From Carcharhinus longimanus (lineage: Eukaryota), in the NCBI GenBank assembly GCA_030264375.1, contig JASCQW010000137.1, positions 25,126,848 to 25,190,847 of the forward strand: a stretch of DNA of 64,000 bases, in the 5' to 3' direction. Shown piece after piece: positions 1-12,463 of this stretch; positions within the stretch are counted from its first letter, which is position 1, and the number at the start of each line of letters is the position of its first letter. The notes under the pieces were generated by a model, which did not search any database, had not been told where the DNA came from, and saw only the letters and a program-made list of their open reading frames with translations. The translations under genes were made by a program, and so were the position numbers.

Positions 1-283
1 ATTTATTAATGCCACATTGACACTGCAGTGAAGTTACTTGAAAATCCCCTAGTCACCACACTCCAGTGTCTATTCGAGTTCACTGAGGGAGAATTTTAGC
101 ATGGCCAATGCATCTAACCAGCATGTTTTTTGGACTGTAGGAGGGAACTGGAGCATGTTGAGGAAACCCACAGAGACATAGGGAGAATGTGCAGACTCCG
201 TAGAGACAGTGACGCAAGCCAAGAATTGAACCCGAGTAACTGGTGCTGTGAGGCAGCAGTGCTAACAACTGTGTCACCGTGCC
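1..283 (-). mobile_element. V-SINE, HE1-like head and core with alternative tail ('tail B')
   Basis: Reverse complement reads GGCACGGTGACACAGTTGTTAGCACTGCTGCCTCACAG (tRNA-derived head), V-domain core, then ...GACTAGGGGATTTTCAAGTAACTTCACTGCAGTGTCAATG tail. Confidence 0.85.
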
Positions 284-1250
284 ACTAACGTTGCCCTGAC
301 ATTAGCAACTGGGGTACTTGCCAAGCTATGCCATGTTGCTTCTCAGCCGATGATCTTGATAAACTTAGAAAGGGACATGAACAGAAAAAGAATCCACAAG
401 GTGGACAGAGATTAAGTGGTGACATGGTTATGAAGAGAACTAAGTAATAAGTTGATACAACACTTATCAGATCTCAATACAAAATGATACGTGTGTAGAG
501 ATGAATGAAAGGTTAAAGTGTGAGGGCTTAGAATAACCATAGAACTAGGAAGGCCAGAATTTACTGTTAAACTAATAGTGAGGTGAATGGCACTGGCAGT
601 TATTCATGTGCAAATTGAACAGCCAGTTCAGGAAATGGCAGCTATGTGGTTAAGTACACAAATCTGGAAGATGTAGTTGAAGATGCATCTGCATTCAACT
701 GCATGGATCAATACAAAGTTCCTGTAGTTGCACAGTAGATACAAACTAAACTATCGACATAAAATTGGGCTTGTCCATATCAGTCCAAGCACCATTGCTG
801 TGTTAGTGTAAGACAGGGATCTTCTGTGGGTCTTTCTGTGGCAGATGTGGCAAACCAGCCAAAAGTTCAAAAGACTTTGGTGGGACCAGAAGATCCTGAA
901 GTTGGGGCTGGGCCAATAAATCCTCCCTAATCTATTGCCAAACAATATCTCTGGCACTGAAAATAAACAGTTACAAGGAAGGAGTGTCATTCCCTCAGCT
1001 TTTAACTGGTGTTAGAGATTTTTTAAATTGCTTTTTATCTCCATCTCTGTATTCTTTCTCTCAGTTATTTCTTCCCTTCTCTTTGTTTTTCTTTCTGCAC
1101 TTGATTTTACATCAAATTCACTACTCTCAATCACACTTCCTGGTTCAAATTCTTAATGTCTCAATGCTTCACTCTGACTGATTGAGGGGAAACACAGTTG
1201 TGTGCCCTGATCACACGGATCCTGGATGTCCTGTCGAGAATACCGTGCCA

Positions 1251-1708
1251 TTCAAGAACAACATCTTCCTGGCTGCCATCAAACTTTTGAATGGTCTTAT
1301 ATTAAGCTGATCTGTCTCTTCACCCTACCTTTTTTTTTATTCACTCATGGAACATGGGCATCACTGGTTGGCCAGCATTTATTGCCCATCCCTAGATGCC
1401 CGAGGGCAGTTGAGAGTCAACCACATTGCTGTTGGTCTGGAGCTACATGTTGGCCAGACTATTTAAGGACAGCAGATTTCCTTCCCCAAAGGATATTCCA
1501 ACAATCGACAATAGTTTCATGGTCATCAGTAGATTCTTAATTCCAGATATTATTGTTTCATTGAAACTGTAACAGCAACACTGTATTCTGCCCTCTATCC
1601 TTTTCCCCTATGTACTCTATGAATGGTATGTTTTACCTGTATAGCACACAAGAAACAATACTTTTCACTGTATCCTAATACATGTGACAATAATAAATCA
1701 AATCAAAT
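1251..1708 (+). mobile_element. Rex1/Babar LINE 3' end, interrupted by a SINE at about 1330-1565
   Basis: Starts with FKNNIFLAAIKLLN-like ORF end. Terminates TTTTCACTGTATCCTAATACATGTGACAATAATAAATCAAATCAAAT, matching copies at 14101, 20230 and 31547. Confidence 0.8.
1330..1565 (-). mobile_element. tRNA-derived SINE family C, 3' part (tail shared with Zenon-like LINE)
   Basis: Poly-T then CATGGAACATGGGCATCACTGGTTGGCCAGCATTTATTGCCCATCCC, matching the full copy at 44981-45331. Confidence 0.8.
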
Positions 1709-1744
1709 TTCCATCTCTCACTTACAAAAACTTGAAAGGCAAAA

Positions 1745-2082
1745 TCTCAAGGAAATGGATGGGACAGAGGCAAGCCTAACTAGGGTGGTAAAGTCTAGTA
1801 AACCTAGGGGGCATAGTGAAGTGCGAAGGGCAAGGTTTAAAGGAGATGTGCAAGGCACAAGAGGGTGGTGGGTGCCTGGAACGTGCTGCCAGGGAAGGTA
1901 GTGAAAGCAGATACAATGGTGACTTTTAGGGGGCATCTGGACAAATACATGAATAGGATGGGGATAGAGGGATATGATCCCTGGAAGGGTAGTGAGTTTT
2001 AGTTCAGACGGGCAGCATGGTTGGTGCAGGCTTGGAGGGCCGAAGGGCCTGTTACTATGCTGCAATTTTCTTTATTCTTTGT
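1745..2082 (+). mobile_element. CR1/HER-like LINE 3' end
   Basis: RARFKGDVQG ORF2 C-terminus followed by GGCTTGGAGGGCCGAAGGGCCTGTT tail. Confidence 0.85.
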
Positions 2083-3197
2083 AACTGCAGGCGTTATTTG
2101 ATTACAAACTACAGTAAGTTCTAGCCACATGAATGTGTGAAGAGTGCTGCTACAATTTTGCATCTATTGCATGACAATATCTCTTCCAATTTTTTAAAAA
2201 ATAGACCATGGCTTCATGTCTCTTCATTCTGAACACCTTATTCTGCTTGGCACTTTCCTTGAAACTGAGCTACTGTACCAGCAGTTTATGCAGACATTTT
2301 TAAATAATCAAAAGGGTGTTCAGATCTTTTTCCATCCCTGTGTTGTTCACTGGATTGTACAGACAGACACATCACAAGCTTTTTCTCAAAAAAACAGATA
2401 AAATTCACTGAAAATCCCACAGATTGCCTTTTTTTCTTATTTTACTCAATTTACAATATAAAACGAGGATAAAATCAGAGACTGTTTAAATTAAATGTCT
2501 TTAATTAATGAACGTCCCTAATTAATGAACAGTTTTAATGCATGGCTTGTTTTAATCCTACAGCAGACTACAAGATCAGCAGAATTCACACTACATTTTC
2601 CCTTTGATAATTTGACGATTAAATCGCACTTCCTGCAAATAGCTCTGGAGGCTGATGAAACTTTATCTGCTATCATATGATAGCAAGTTCCTTACCTTTA
2701 CTTTTACATTTGGTAATCATAGATAAGCAAAAGATTTGGATTTTTTTACTTCTTAAACAGGCACTTCTAAGATATGCTCACACATATTACAGGACCACAA
2801 CTCATCAAACCTGTCACTTTCCTGGCATGAGGTTAATGAGACTCCGAACTGGATTTTCGCAGGGTCGGGAAGTCTTTGTGCACTTTTACAATGTTGATTT
2901 GGACCAGGATGCAGAAGTGTAAAATTCTGTCCCCGTGTAATGAAGGGGCACACAGTTTTATCTTAAGGCTGGCAAAGCTTCGTAAGACCAAGTCATGGTG
3001 ATTGCAGCATTTTGGTAGCATCAGCTAGTGCCAACATTCTGCATTAACTCAGATTAGCATAATGCCTCAGGGGTTGATTATTAGATGTTGCATGCAAAAC
3101 CATTGCCCTTCCACCTACACTTCCAACACAGGATGCAGGCACCCAATTGCTCCTTGCCCATTATCCTCACAGCAGCACATTTTTGGCCCAGATGCGA

Positions 3198-3334
3198 GGG
3201 CTGGAATTTTCCAGCCACTCACTTTGGCAGGGTTCTCTGGTCCTACAGTGGGTGAACAGAGATTAGGCTGGGCGCCAAATTCTCCATCGTCGCTGCAGTG
3301 GCAATGAGGTGTGAACGGCTGGTAAGATTGCACC
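3198..3334. mobile_element. Short Harbinger-type MITE
   Basis: GGGCTGGAATTTTCCAGCC...GGCTGGTAAGATTGCACC imperfect TIRs; internal sequence shared with 9624, 18587 and 24583. Confidence 0.6.
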
Positions 3335-3474
3335 AAAGGTCTTTCGCGCTTCGGGGCACAATCTGCTATGTTGGCATGACAAGAACATATACCAGGCCCT
3401 CCTGCATTCATTCAGCCCCAGCATTGGCAAGTGATGAATCAGAGAATTAGGTTCCTGCATGTGAGTGGACATAC

Positions 3475-3828
3475 ATAGATGGAAAGATGTGAATTAAATG
3501 CAGGAATGGGTCACTTAGCCCCTCGAGTCTACTTCACCATTTGATAAAATCATGGTTGATCTGACTGTGGCCTCAACTCAATTCTTTTGTGTAACATTTC
3601 CTATATGTCCCTTGTAACCTTTGACTCCCTTTTCAACCAGGAACTGAACTCAACCTTCTAAATATTCAATGACTCAATCTCCATTACTCTGCGGAAAAGA
3701 TTGCACAGATTAATGACACTGTAGTCTCCTCATCTCTGCCTTAACTGGGAGACCCCTTATTTTTATACTGTATCACTGAATTTTAGCCTCTCCCATAAGG
3801 AGAAACATCCTCTCGACACTCTGTCAAG
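3475..3828 (-). mobile_element. Old CR1 3' fragment
   Basis: Reverse complement resembles the CR1 tail also seen at 8890-9538 (TCAGCCATGAT...GGCTCGAGGGGC). Confidence 0.65.
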
Positions 3829-3829
3829 T

Positions 3830-6710
3830 ACCGTTGGTCATAGGTTGTGGCTGGTGACAAATGAAGCCAGGTTTTTCCAGGTCCTTTTTTGCATTGTATT
3901 GCTAGAATGCTGCAGAAGAGGCTGGCTGCTGAGGGTCTGAAGGGTACAACACCCCTCTTCTTCAACAAGGTTCTGGTCAAAGAGGCACAGTGAAGGAGAG
4001 AGATCATATACCACAGAAGAAGGAGGAATGTAGCTGGTGTAATGAAAAGAAGGTGGCAAGAGATTGCATTCACCATGTGTGCAGCAGGTAAACATCAGCT
4101 CCTGGATTCAACGTCGAAGAGGTTTCGTGGCCTACTGCCCTACGGCAAGGTGAACTGTTTGACAGAAGTACATAGAGGACTCCATGATGAATGAAGTGAC
4201 CTGTGATAGCAGACTTGGCACACATCCCTTCTATAGCATCTTCATTTGTATGTCCAAGACCCTCCTGTAGGTCCATGTAGCTATAGGCTGACATGTGGAT
4301 AACTTCCGTGCCCACTGACCAATGTGCAATGCCGTGCCATATTGAAGATCATTGGTCTTGGCAGCACAATAGAATGGGTTTACCTTGTAGTTCCAGGACA
4401 AGAGGATTCACAGTGCCAGAAAGATGGTTTGAACTGGAGATAAGTGCACAAAGCTATTGGTCATTTACATCTTCGAGGAGACAGTGATGGAAATAATGAG
4501 GGTGCCAACTCAGCTCATTATCAGTGAAGATGAATCTCCATAGCATGTGACAAGGGCGGTGCTAGAGATACTTTTGAACTTGGTGGAACTGCTGATGTTA
4601 GTGCACTAAGCAGAAAGAGACTTTGGTATGAGGGGGGAATGTAAAGAGTATGTTGCATGCTCAGAGTTCTGCAAAGGTGATTGAAGGCAACAACCAACAC
4701 AGATACTAACATGTGAGAAGGAGGTGTAATGTGCACACAGAGCTGGTGGCACCACAGCAGAGTGCAACAGAAGATGTCATATCCATGCACAGTCTTTCTC
4801 GGAGGAAGGACAGTCACAATAGTACTGTGGAAGGTAGGGCCTCAGGAGCCACTTCACAGTGCACAGTATTCAGACTGTCAGCAGCAGATGTGTGGACATC
4901 TGGCAGAAATCCCTGATGCAATGTAAACTCACACATTTCTAGTGGAGGAATCCATTGCAGTGATGAGCTGGGTGGGGCATTACCTGCAAGGGCCTTAAAT
5001 AGGGCAAGGGCAGGTTCAATCAGCCTCAGCTTTTCAATTGCAGGAACTCCAACCTTGACAGAATGGCCAATCCCATGGAGAGACACATAGAGCATCATAC
5101 AGAATAGATACTAGAGCATTGTGATGCCCTGTAAAGAGTTCAAGGCTCAGTCTGTAGCCTAGAATATGAGTATTGATCTTCAAGGATTATGTGAGGAGCC
5201 ACATGGTCATCTGGTGGCACAAACGTGGCTGGAAGGGAATAACTACTGCACTCAAGCAGCTAAAACCATTTAGCCAGCCTGAAAGCCAACCCAGGGTTGT
5301 AGGGGTAGTTGAAGGGAATTAGGGTTCTGAGAATATTCCAGCACCCTCATCGTCCCTGGCTCCTCTACCAGAGTGCTCGTCTGTGCTAACTGTGCCTGTG
5401 ACAATAGACATCCATGTGCAGAAATGCAAAGTCCGGACTCTCAGGTGGGTCCCCAGTGGATTACTGCACAAGACTGCCAACCTTAATACCATATAGCATG
5501 AGGTGAGCAGCCTTCCTCCTCCTCCTCCACATGCAGGGGTTGGGGTTGGGGGTGGGGGGGGGGGGGCGGTGTNNNNNNNNNNNNNNNNNNNNNNNNNNNN
5601 NNNNNNNNNNNNNNNNNNNNNNNNNNNNNNNNNNNNNNNNNNNNNNNNNNNNNNNNNNNNNNNNNNNNNNNNCAGGGGTTGGGGTTGGGGGTGGGGCGGG
5701 GGGGGGGGGATGTCAATATGTAGAAGTAATCACCAGTGCAGGGTGCCAAACGACTCGATCACAGATGGATTCACCATTGTGCTATTTAATATCACTATTT
5801 TTGGAGTTAGTTTCATGTACTTTGCTAATACTCTTCAATGGCTACCTTCAATGGATGTGATGGCCTGTCACAGTAAATTAATAGCCTCAATTCACGGCTT
5901 AACAGAAAGCAACAGAATCTTACCAGTAGATACTGCAGCCAGAGTTCTATTTCCCAGTGATGGGCGTGTCAAGCATGTGCCTAATCATGTCAGGCAGTGG
6001 AAATCTAGGCCAACATCCAGATGTTCAGAGAAGGTAGGAGTCCACGAAGGTGCACAGATATGGCAGACCACTCCAGCATTTGTTGTCTGATCATTGGTGA
6101 TTTGAGGGAAGAGTTATAATCTGACTTATTGATCAGATGTCGATCATCTGCTGTGCAGAAGATAGTCAAATGGGTATGAATGTTACACAGTAAAGCAGCA
6201 TCATTGCTCTACATGTCAGGAAGCCATGTGTCTTTGAGGGAAGCTTATTTGTGGGGGTTCTTTGTGCAATTGGAGCCTTTGTGCTTCTCTGTGGTTGATG
6301 CTGAGGAGTAACGAGGAGCCTTGATGAGTTGCAGTACTGCATTTTGTGGATGTCACACACTAATGACACTATGCCCCATTGGTGCATGAATGATGTGGAA
6401 TGTAGTCGACAGTGTAGTGTGCACACATGTACTGAATATGACATGTAGCTTACACCTACATGTTGTCCAGTTCTGTTGGCCCATACAATCATGTCTGCAG
6501 CTCCTGCATCTTAACTCACATTACCTATGTACACTCTTGTCATGGTGGGCATGCTTTGACTGAGATACACCAATAGGTGGCTCCTATAGAAATCTGAGGC
6601 AGACTCCTCGAGGCACTCAGCCATGCAGAAGTTGAAGGCAACCTTTGGTGCAACTGGCACTACTTGGAGTATGGCACCAGATCTTGCTCCACCATGGCAC
6701 ATACCATTTA
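3830..6710. mobile_element. Cluster of degraded PIF/Harbinger transposon coding remnants (transposase and Myb/SANT-like ORF)
   Basis: Minus 6511-6702 gives VVPVAPKVAFNF...ESASD...LSQS, resembling HARBI1-like N-terminal LPVAVKVTVALNF..GS.Q....D..GISQS. Minus ~4000-4315 gives DAIEGMC, resembling GAIDCTH. Minus ~3840-3990 TMQKRTWKNLASFV and plus ~5930-6010 RVLFPSDGRVKHVPNHVRQW resemble Myb/SANT-like ORFs. Stops and frameshifts throughout. Confidence 0.55.
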
Positions 6711-6767
6711 CTTACTGCATTACATTCCATCAACCACATAAAGCCTTATAACAATATAAGGCTTGTT

Positions 6768-7115
6768 GGGGTGGCACAGTAGCACAGTGGTTAGCACTGT
6801 TGCTTCACAGCCCCAAGGACCTGGGTTTGATTCCCAGCTTGGGTCACTGACTGTGTGGAGTTTGCACATTCTCCTTGCGTCTGCATGGCTTTCCTCCGGG
6901 TGCTCCGGTTTCCTCCCACAGTCCAAAGATGTGCGGGATAGGTTGATTGGCTATGCTAAACATTACCCTTAGTGTCCTGACATGTAGAAGTTAGTCGGAA
7001 TAGTGGGTAAATATATAGGGATATAGGAGTAGAGCCTGGGTGGGATGGTGGTCAGTGCAGACTCGATGGGCCAAATGGCCTCTTTCTGTGCTGTAGGGTT
7101 TCTATGATTCTATGA
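6768..7115 (+). mobile_element. HE1 SINE (V-SINE), full length
   Basis: GGGGTGGCACAGTAGCACAGTGGTTAGCACTG head with A/B boxes, V core GGGTGCTCCGGTTTCCTCCCACAGTCCAAAGATGTG, CR1-type tail GGGCCAAATGGCC...TCTATGATTCTATGA. Confidence 0.92.
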
Positions 7116-7384
7116 ATATATATTTCATTCAACTGCATAATTTCTTCCAACAACAAGCACTGAAATTCATAGTCTGACTTCAAAGAGTCTATGATCACTT
7201 GTAACAGTCAATCAAATTGTGAAATGGCAGGCACCCTACTGTGATATTGGATGGTTGTGAAATCAGTGATACAGTAATCCAGTAATGAAAACTCTCAGGT
7301 TTTTGTCAATGAAGTACAATAGTTGGTAATGACATAATTTTTTAAATTTTCCAATTATTCTATTCAAAATTTATAGAGCAGGAT

Positions 7385-7457
7385 TTTTCTGTATCTCTCT
7401 CCACTGATGCTGCCAGGCCTGCTGAATACTTCCAGCGTTTTCTAAATTTTTTTTCCG
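7385..7457 (+). mobile_element. Penelope-like pseudo-LTR fragment
   Basis: TCTCTCTCCACTGATGCTGCCAGGCCTGCTGAATACTTCCAGCGTTTTCT matches 27440-27500. Confidence 0.6.
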
Positions 7458-8221
7458 CCTAAGTCATCTCATGGAATGCAGGTACCCAATACTGGCAGGG
7501 ATACAGAATTTAAAATAAGATGGAAAATCATGGAAAAAGAATTGCTTCTAATTATCTTGAATTTTTGGGAAAAGGACAATTAAATTTAGGAGGAGATAGT
7601 ATTCCACAATACTTTTCAAAGAATTTCCAAAATTCAATTTTTAATAACCATGCAAATGGGTGAAATACAAATGGCCAAAATGCGTTCAGAAAGGTGGCAC
7701 AGGTGATAGGAGCAGGATAGTGGGAATAATGGAAGAGTTTATATCTCGTGGGATGAGATTACAATGGCAGACAATGGGCACCAGATCGCAGAACAGGAAT
7801 ATAATATGTCTCCACTATTTGCATTGTCACGCTTCAACATCTTTAAGGCATTTTTCCACAGAATTGATCTAAAAAAAAGTGTTGGGTTTTTTCACAAGTT
7901 GATAGAAAATAGCACAAAGGTGATTAATATGCTGCATGGAAATTGCTTTCAGCAAAGATTAACAATAAAAAAAATCATTAGCTTGGCTAGGTAATTGGAA
8001 AACATCTCATACCCATTGTACTGAAAGGTCCTTTGATCCCTGTCTGGTTGTGAACTGGGAGAGATTAATAAGAGAAAGATAGGGACATGGCTTTTTGAAA
8101 GAGCAAGGCAACAAGGGAAGTTAAGTCAATTGAAGGGCAAAAAGTGAGAGTTCTTTTACTCAGGCTGAGATTGGAACCCCTGGAGCATAGTTAGAAGCCA
8201 TCTTGTTTAAGTCATGTAAAA

Positions 8222-8686
8222 TGTGTAGGTTAGAGGAATTAGTGGGAATAATATGTGAAGTTACGGAGTTAGGGCCTGGGTAAGATGCTGTATCAGAGAG
8301 TCGGTGCAGAGCCAATGGGCCGAATAGCCTCCTTCCGCAAATGTCGATTAGCATGGTATGTTTTTTATTCCACATTGCTACGCAAAAGTAAATTGTACAG
8401 ATGATATAAGTTCAGTCAGAAAGGGTGTTCTGTGTTTTCACCTCACTGTGAAATATGCAGCTTACCAGTTGTACCTGGCACGTATCACCAAGCGTGGCCT
8501 TGGACCACCCTCAAAGAGATTGCAGTGGTAGATGTGTGACACAAACGTTCAACCCCCGGATCATACGGTGCGGAAGGAGGCTATTCGGCCCATTGGCTCT
8601 GCACCGACTCTCTGATACAGCATCTTACCCAGGCCCTAACTCTGTAACTTCACATATTATTCCCACTAATTCCTCTAACCTACACA
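8222..8686. repeat. 118-bp inverted repeat (arms 8222-8339 and 8569-8686)
   Basis: Arms are reverse complements with one mismatch; 229-bp spacer. Confidence 0.95.
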
Positions 8687-8875
8687 CCTTGGGATACCAA
8701 CGGGCAACTTAGCATGACCAATCAAACTAACCTGCACATCTTTGAACTGTGGGAGCAAACCCTTGCAGAAATGGGGAGAACATGCAAATTCCATCCAGAC
8801 AGTCACCCAAGGCCAGAATCAAACCCGGATCTCTGGTGTGAGGCTGCAGAGCTAACTACTGAGCAATCATGTTAC
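8560..8875 (-). mobile_element. HE1 SINE
   Basis: Degenerate head, core and tail of HE1 on the minus strand. Confidence 0.85.
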
Positions 8876-8889
8876 TCCACAGCCCTACG

Positions 8890-9538
8890 GTTACAGAAAG
8901 TGAGCATGTTGTACAGCAAGCAATGAGGGAGGTAAATGGTGCATGCGCCTTTATTGCAAGGGGATAGTTTTATGAATAAGAGTGTCTTGTTGCAATATCT
9001 AGGAGTTTGGTGAGATCACACCTGAGGCACTATGCACAGTTTTGGCCTCCTTACCTAAGGAAATATATACTTGCTTTGATTGGGGTGGAAAGAAGATTCA
9101 CTTGACTGATTCCAGGATTGAGAGGACTATCCCTGTGAGAATAGATCAAGTAGAGAGGGCTTATATCCTTCAGAGTTTAAAAGAATGAGAGGTGATGTCA
9201 TTGAAATGTATGAAATGCTTAAGTGACATTGACAGGGTAGACACTGAAAGGCTGGTTTCCCCTTGCCAGAGAGTTCAGAACTAGGGGGCCAAAGGATAAG
9301 GAATCAACTATTTCAGACTCTGAAGAGAAACATCTTCACTCAAAGGGCTGTGAATCTTTGAAATTCTGTACCAGAGACTGAGAGTGACTGATTTTTTTTA
9401 GCACAGACAATTAAGGGATATGGAGATAGGATTGGAAATTGGAGTTGATATGGAAATTCAGCCATGATTTTATTGAATGGTGCAGCAGGCTCGAGGGGCC
9501 ATGTGATCTACTCTTGTTTATTATTTCTTACGTTCTTA
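8890..9538 (+). mobile_element. Old CR1 LINE 3' portion
   Basis: Degraded LVRSHL.H...FWP and LEF.RMRGD.IE.Y motifs; tail TTCTTACGTTCTTA. Confidence 0.8.
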
Positions 9539-9623
9539 TCTGCTCACGCTACCTTACAAATTAAGATAAGGTAGTGTGAGCCATAAGTAACATACTCACT
9601 GATGCTACTGCACCCAAAACAAT

Positions 9624-9759
9624 GGGCAGGATTTTCCGGCCACTCACATTGGCAGAACATTTTGGTCTCGCTGCAGTGAATGGAGATTTGGCTGAGCGTC
9701 AAATTCTCCGTTTCGCTTGCAGCGGCAGCGGGATGTGAACAGCCAGTAAGACCGTACTC
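9624..9759. mobile_element. Short Harbinger-type MITE
   Basis: GGGCAGGATTTTCCGGCC 5' TIR; internal GCTGCAGTGAATGGAGATTTGGCTGAGCGTCAAATTCTCC shared with sibling copies. Confidence 0.65.
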
Positions 9760-9926
9760 ACTGTGTATGGAAGACTCAGTTTGTTTAAAGGCAGACTGGT
9801 TTAAATGGGAGATTTTAACTTCCATAGAGATTGGGATCACGTGGTTGCTGGTGAATGCAAACAGAAATATTCAATACCGTTTTAGAATACTGAGTGGGTG
9901 CAAAAAGCGTTGCGTTCGGCATGATT

Positions 9927-10773
9927 TAGAGTCATAAAGGTTTACAGCATGGAAACAGGCCCTTTGACCCAACTTGTCCATGCTGCCCTTTTTTTTCAAA
10001 ATGACAAAACTAGTCCCAATTGCTCATTTCGCTCTATTCCNNNNNNNNNNNNNNNNNNNNNNNNNNNNNNNNNNNNNNNNNNNNNNNNNNNNNNNNNNNN
10101 NNNNNNNNNNNNNNNNNNNNNNNNNNNNNNNNNNNNNNNNNNNNNNNNNNNNNNNNNNNNNNNNNNNNNNNNNNNNNNNNNNNNNNNNNNNNNNNNNNNN
10201 NNNNNNNNNNNNNNNNNNNNNNNNNNNNNNNNNNNNNNNNNNNNNNNNNNNNNNNNNNNNNNNNNNNNNNNNNNNNNNNNNNNNNNNNNNNNNNNNNNNN
10301 NNNNNNNNNNNNNNNNNNNNNNNNNNNNNNNNNNNNNNNNNNNNNNNNNNNNNNACTCAAACCATCAAGTTCTGGTAGCATCCTAGTAAATCTTTTCTGC
10401 GCTCTTTCTTGTTTAATAATATCCTTTCTATAATAGGATGACCAGAACTGTACACAGTATTCCAAGTGTAGCCTTACCAATAACTTGTACAACTTCAACA
10501 AGACGTCCCAACTCCTGTATTCAGTATTCTGATCAATGAAACCAAGCCTGCCAAATGTCTTCTTCACCACTGTGTCCACCTGTCACTCCACTTTCAAAGG
10601 AGCTATGAATCTGTATCCCTAATCTCATTGTACTATAAGTCTCCCCAACACCCTACCATTAACTGAGTAAGTCCTGCCCTGGTTCGATCTACCAAAATGC
10701 AACATCTTGCATTTATCTAAATTAAACTCCATCTGCCATTCATCAGCTCACTGACCTAATTGATCAAGATCCC
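9927..10773 (-). mobile_element. CR1/HER-like LINE 3' portion spanning a gap
   Basis: LLKLYKLLVRLHLEYCVQFWSSYYRKDII...RFTRMLP is typical CR1 ORF2. Confidence 0.92.
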
Positions 10774-11342
10774 ACTGGCTGGCCAATTAACAGGGAGCCA
10801 GTCACATGAAACATGCACTGGGAAAGGCTCAGCACTGCCAAGGAGGGCAGGCACTGAGATATGGGAGGGTATGGGCTGGCACTTCTATTGTGTTCCCTCA
10901 GGGGAAAAGCTACCTCTTGGAGCTGTAAACTTGCACAAAATAAATTGAGATTGAAAAACTCTGTGGTGTCCAGGCAGCACAGTGAAACACAAATCTCAGT
11001 CCCCAGATCAGATAATTTTTATTTCAGCCCAGACAGTTCATCCCGCCCTGCATCGAGGTCACAGCTAAAACGTAAAGGCCACCTGCCAACCGTAAAAGCA
11101 GACAGGCCGTGAAAAATTGCCTTCAACTGGCCTGTGAATGGACAAAATATTGCACGAGTGCATGACAACATCAGGACATGCACATGGTGTACTTTCATAC
11201 AATTTCATGCACTTCCAGGTCGAGTGTGCACCCACCTGGGTAACATTAAAATCTGGCACATATCTTAATAATAGTTATGATGTCATACTCTCTAAGTTGA
11301 GGCTCCGTCTAGACTTCAATCTTTTTGTTCCTTGTACTCCAT

Positions 11343-11520
11343 GGCAAGGATTTTCCAGTTATTCCTGCTGGCGGGATCTTCCAGTCCAATCAGTGGCAGA
11401 GGATGCGAACAATGGGAAACCCGTTTGACAGTGGTCGCACTGGACGATCCCGCTGCTGGCCATTGGCAGGCAACTTCCACCACAACAAAACATGTCATAT
11501 GCGGATGGAAAGTCCCATCC
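11343..11520. mobile_element. Harbinger-type MITE with 3-bp TSD CAT
   Basis: GGCAAGGATTTTCCA...TGGAAAGTCCCATCC imperfect TIRs, flanked by CAT on both sides. Confidence 0.6.
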
Positions 11521-11704
11521 CATGTGTTTGTATGAAGAGCACTTATTTGGGCCACACCTGTGGTGCCTAGCACACAGTTTCTGTACTCTCATTTGTATTA
11601 AAATTATTCATTATACTACCTTTTCCACCTAAGCCCTACCTCATTTACTAGTTTAATGTTCTTGTGTCCATCTTATTAATCCTTTATACTCGGGACCTGG
11701 TTCC

Positions 11705-12463
11705 AACAAATGTGAGGTAATGCACTGTGGAAGATCTGATACAGAAAGGAAAGATACAGTAAATGGCAGAACTCTTAAAAGTATTGATAGGCTGAGGGAT
11801 CTGGGTGTACAGATACACAGGTCACTGAAAGTGGCAACGCAGATGGGGAAGATAGTCAGGATGCTCGCCTTCATTGGCTGGGGCATTGAGTTTAAAAATT
11901 GGCAAGTCATGTTGCAGCTTTATAGAACCTTAATTAGGCTGCACTTGGAATATAATATTCAATTCTGGTTGCCACACTGTCAGAAAGATGTGGAGGCTTT
12001 GGAGAGGGTACAGAAAAGATTTATCAGGATGTTGCCTGGTATAGAGGACATTAGCTATGAGAAGAGGTTGGAGAAATTCGGTTTATTCTCACTGGAATGA
12101 CAGACCTGATAGAATTCTATAAGATATTGAGATGTATGGACACAGTGTACAGTCAGAAGCTTTTTCCCAGGGTGGAAGAGTCAATTACTAGGGGGCATGG
12201 TTTAAGGTGTGAGGGGCAAGGTTTAAAGTAGATGTACGAGGCAATATTTTTGCACAGAGGTGGTGGGTGCCTGGAACTTGCCGCTGGAGGNNNNNNNNNN
12301 NNNNNNNNNNNNNNNNNNNNNNNNNNNNNNNNNNNNNNNNNNNNNNNNNNNNNNNNNNNNNNNNNNNNNNNNNNNNNNNNNNNNNNNNNNTGGTCGGCGC
12401 AACATCGTGGGCCGAAGGGCCTGTTCTGCGCTGTAATGTTCTATGTTCTATGTTCTATGTTCT
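11705..12463 (+). mobile_element. CR1/HER-like LINE 3' portion
   Basis: RDLGVQIHRSLK...LQLYRTLIRLHLEYNIQFW...ERVQKRFIRMLPG; terminal (TGTTCTA)n. Confidence 0.93.

Noticed and set aside
5534-5710. (TTGGGG)-like telomeric or G-quadruplex repeat
   Set aside because: Only two units plus a G run, duplicated across a 100-N gap; likely an assembly break at a homopolymer.
6768-6845. tRNA-like heads of HE1 and other SINEs as tRNA genes
   Set aside because: They continue into SINE core and tail and lack a complete cloverleaf.
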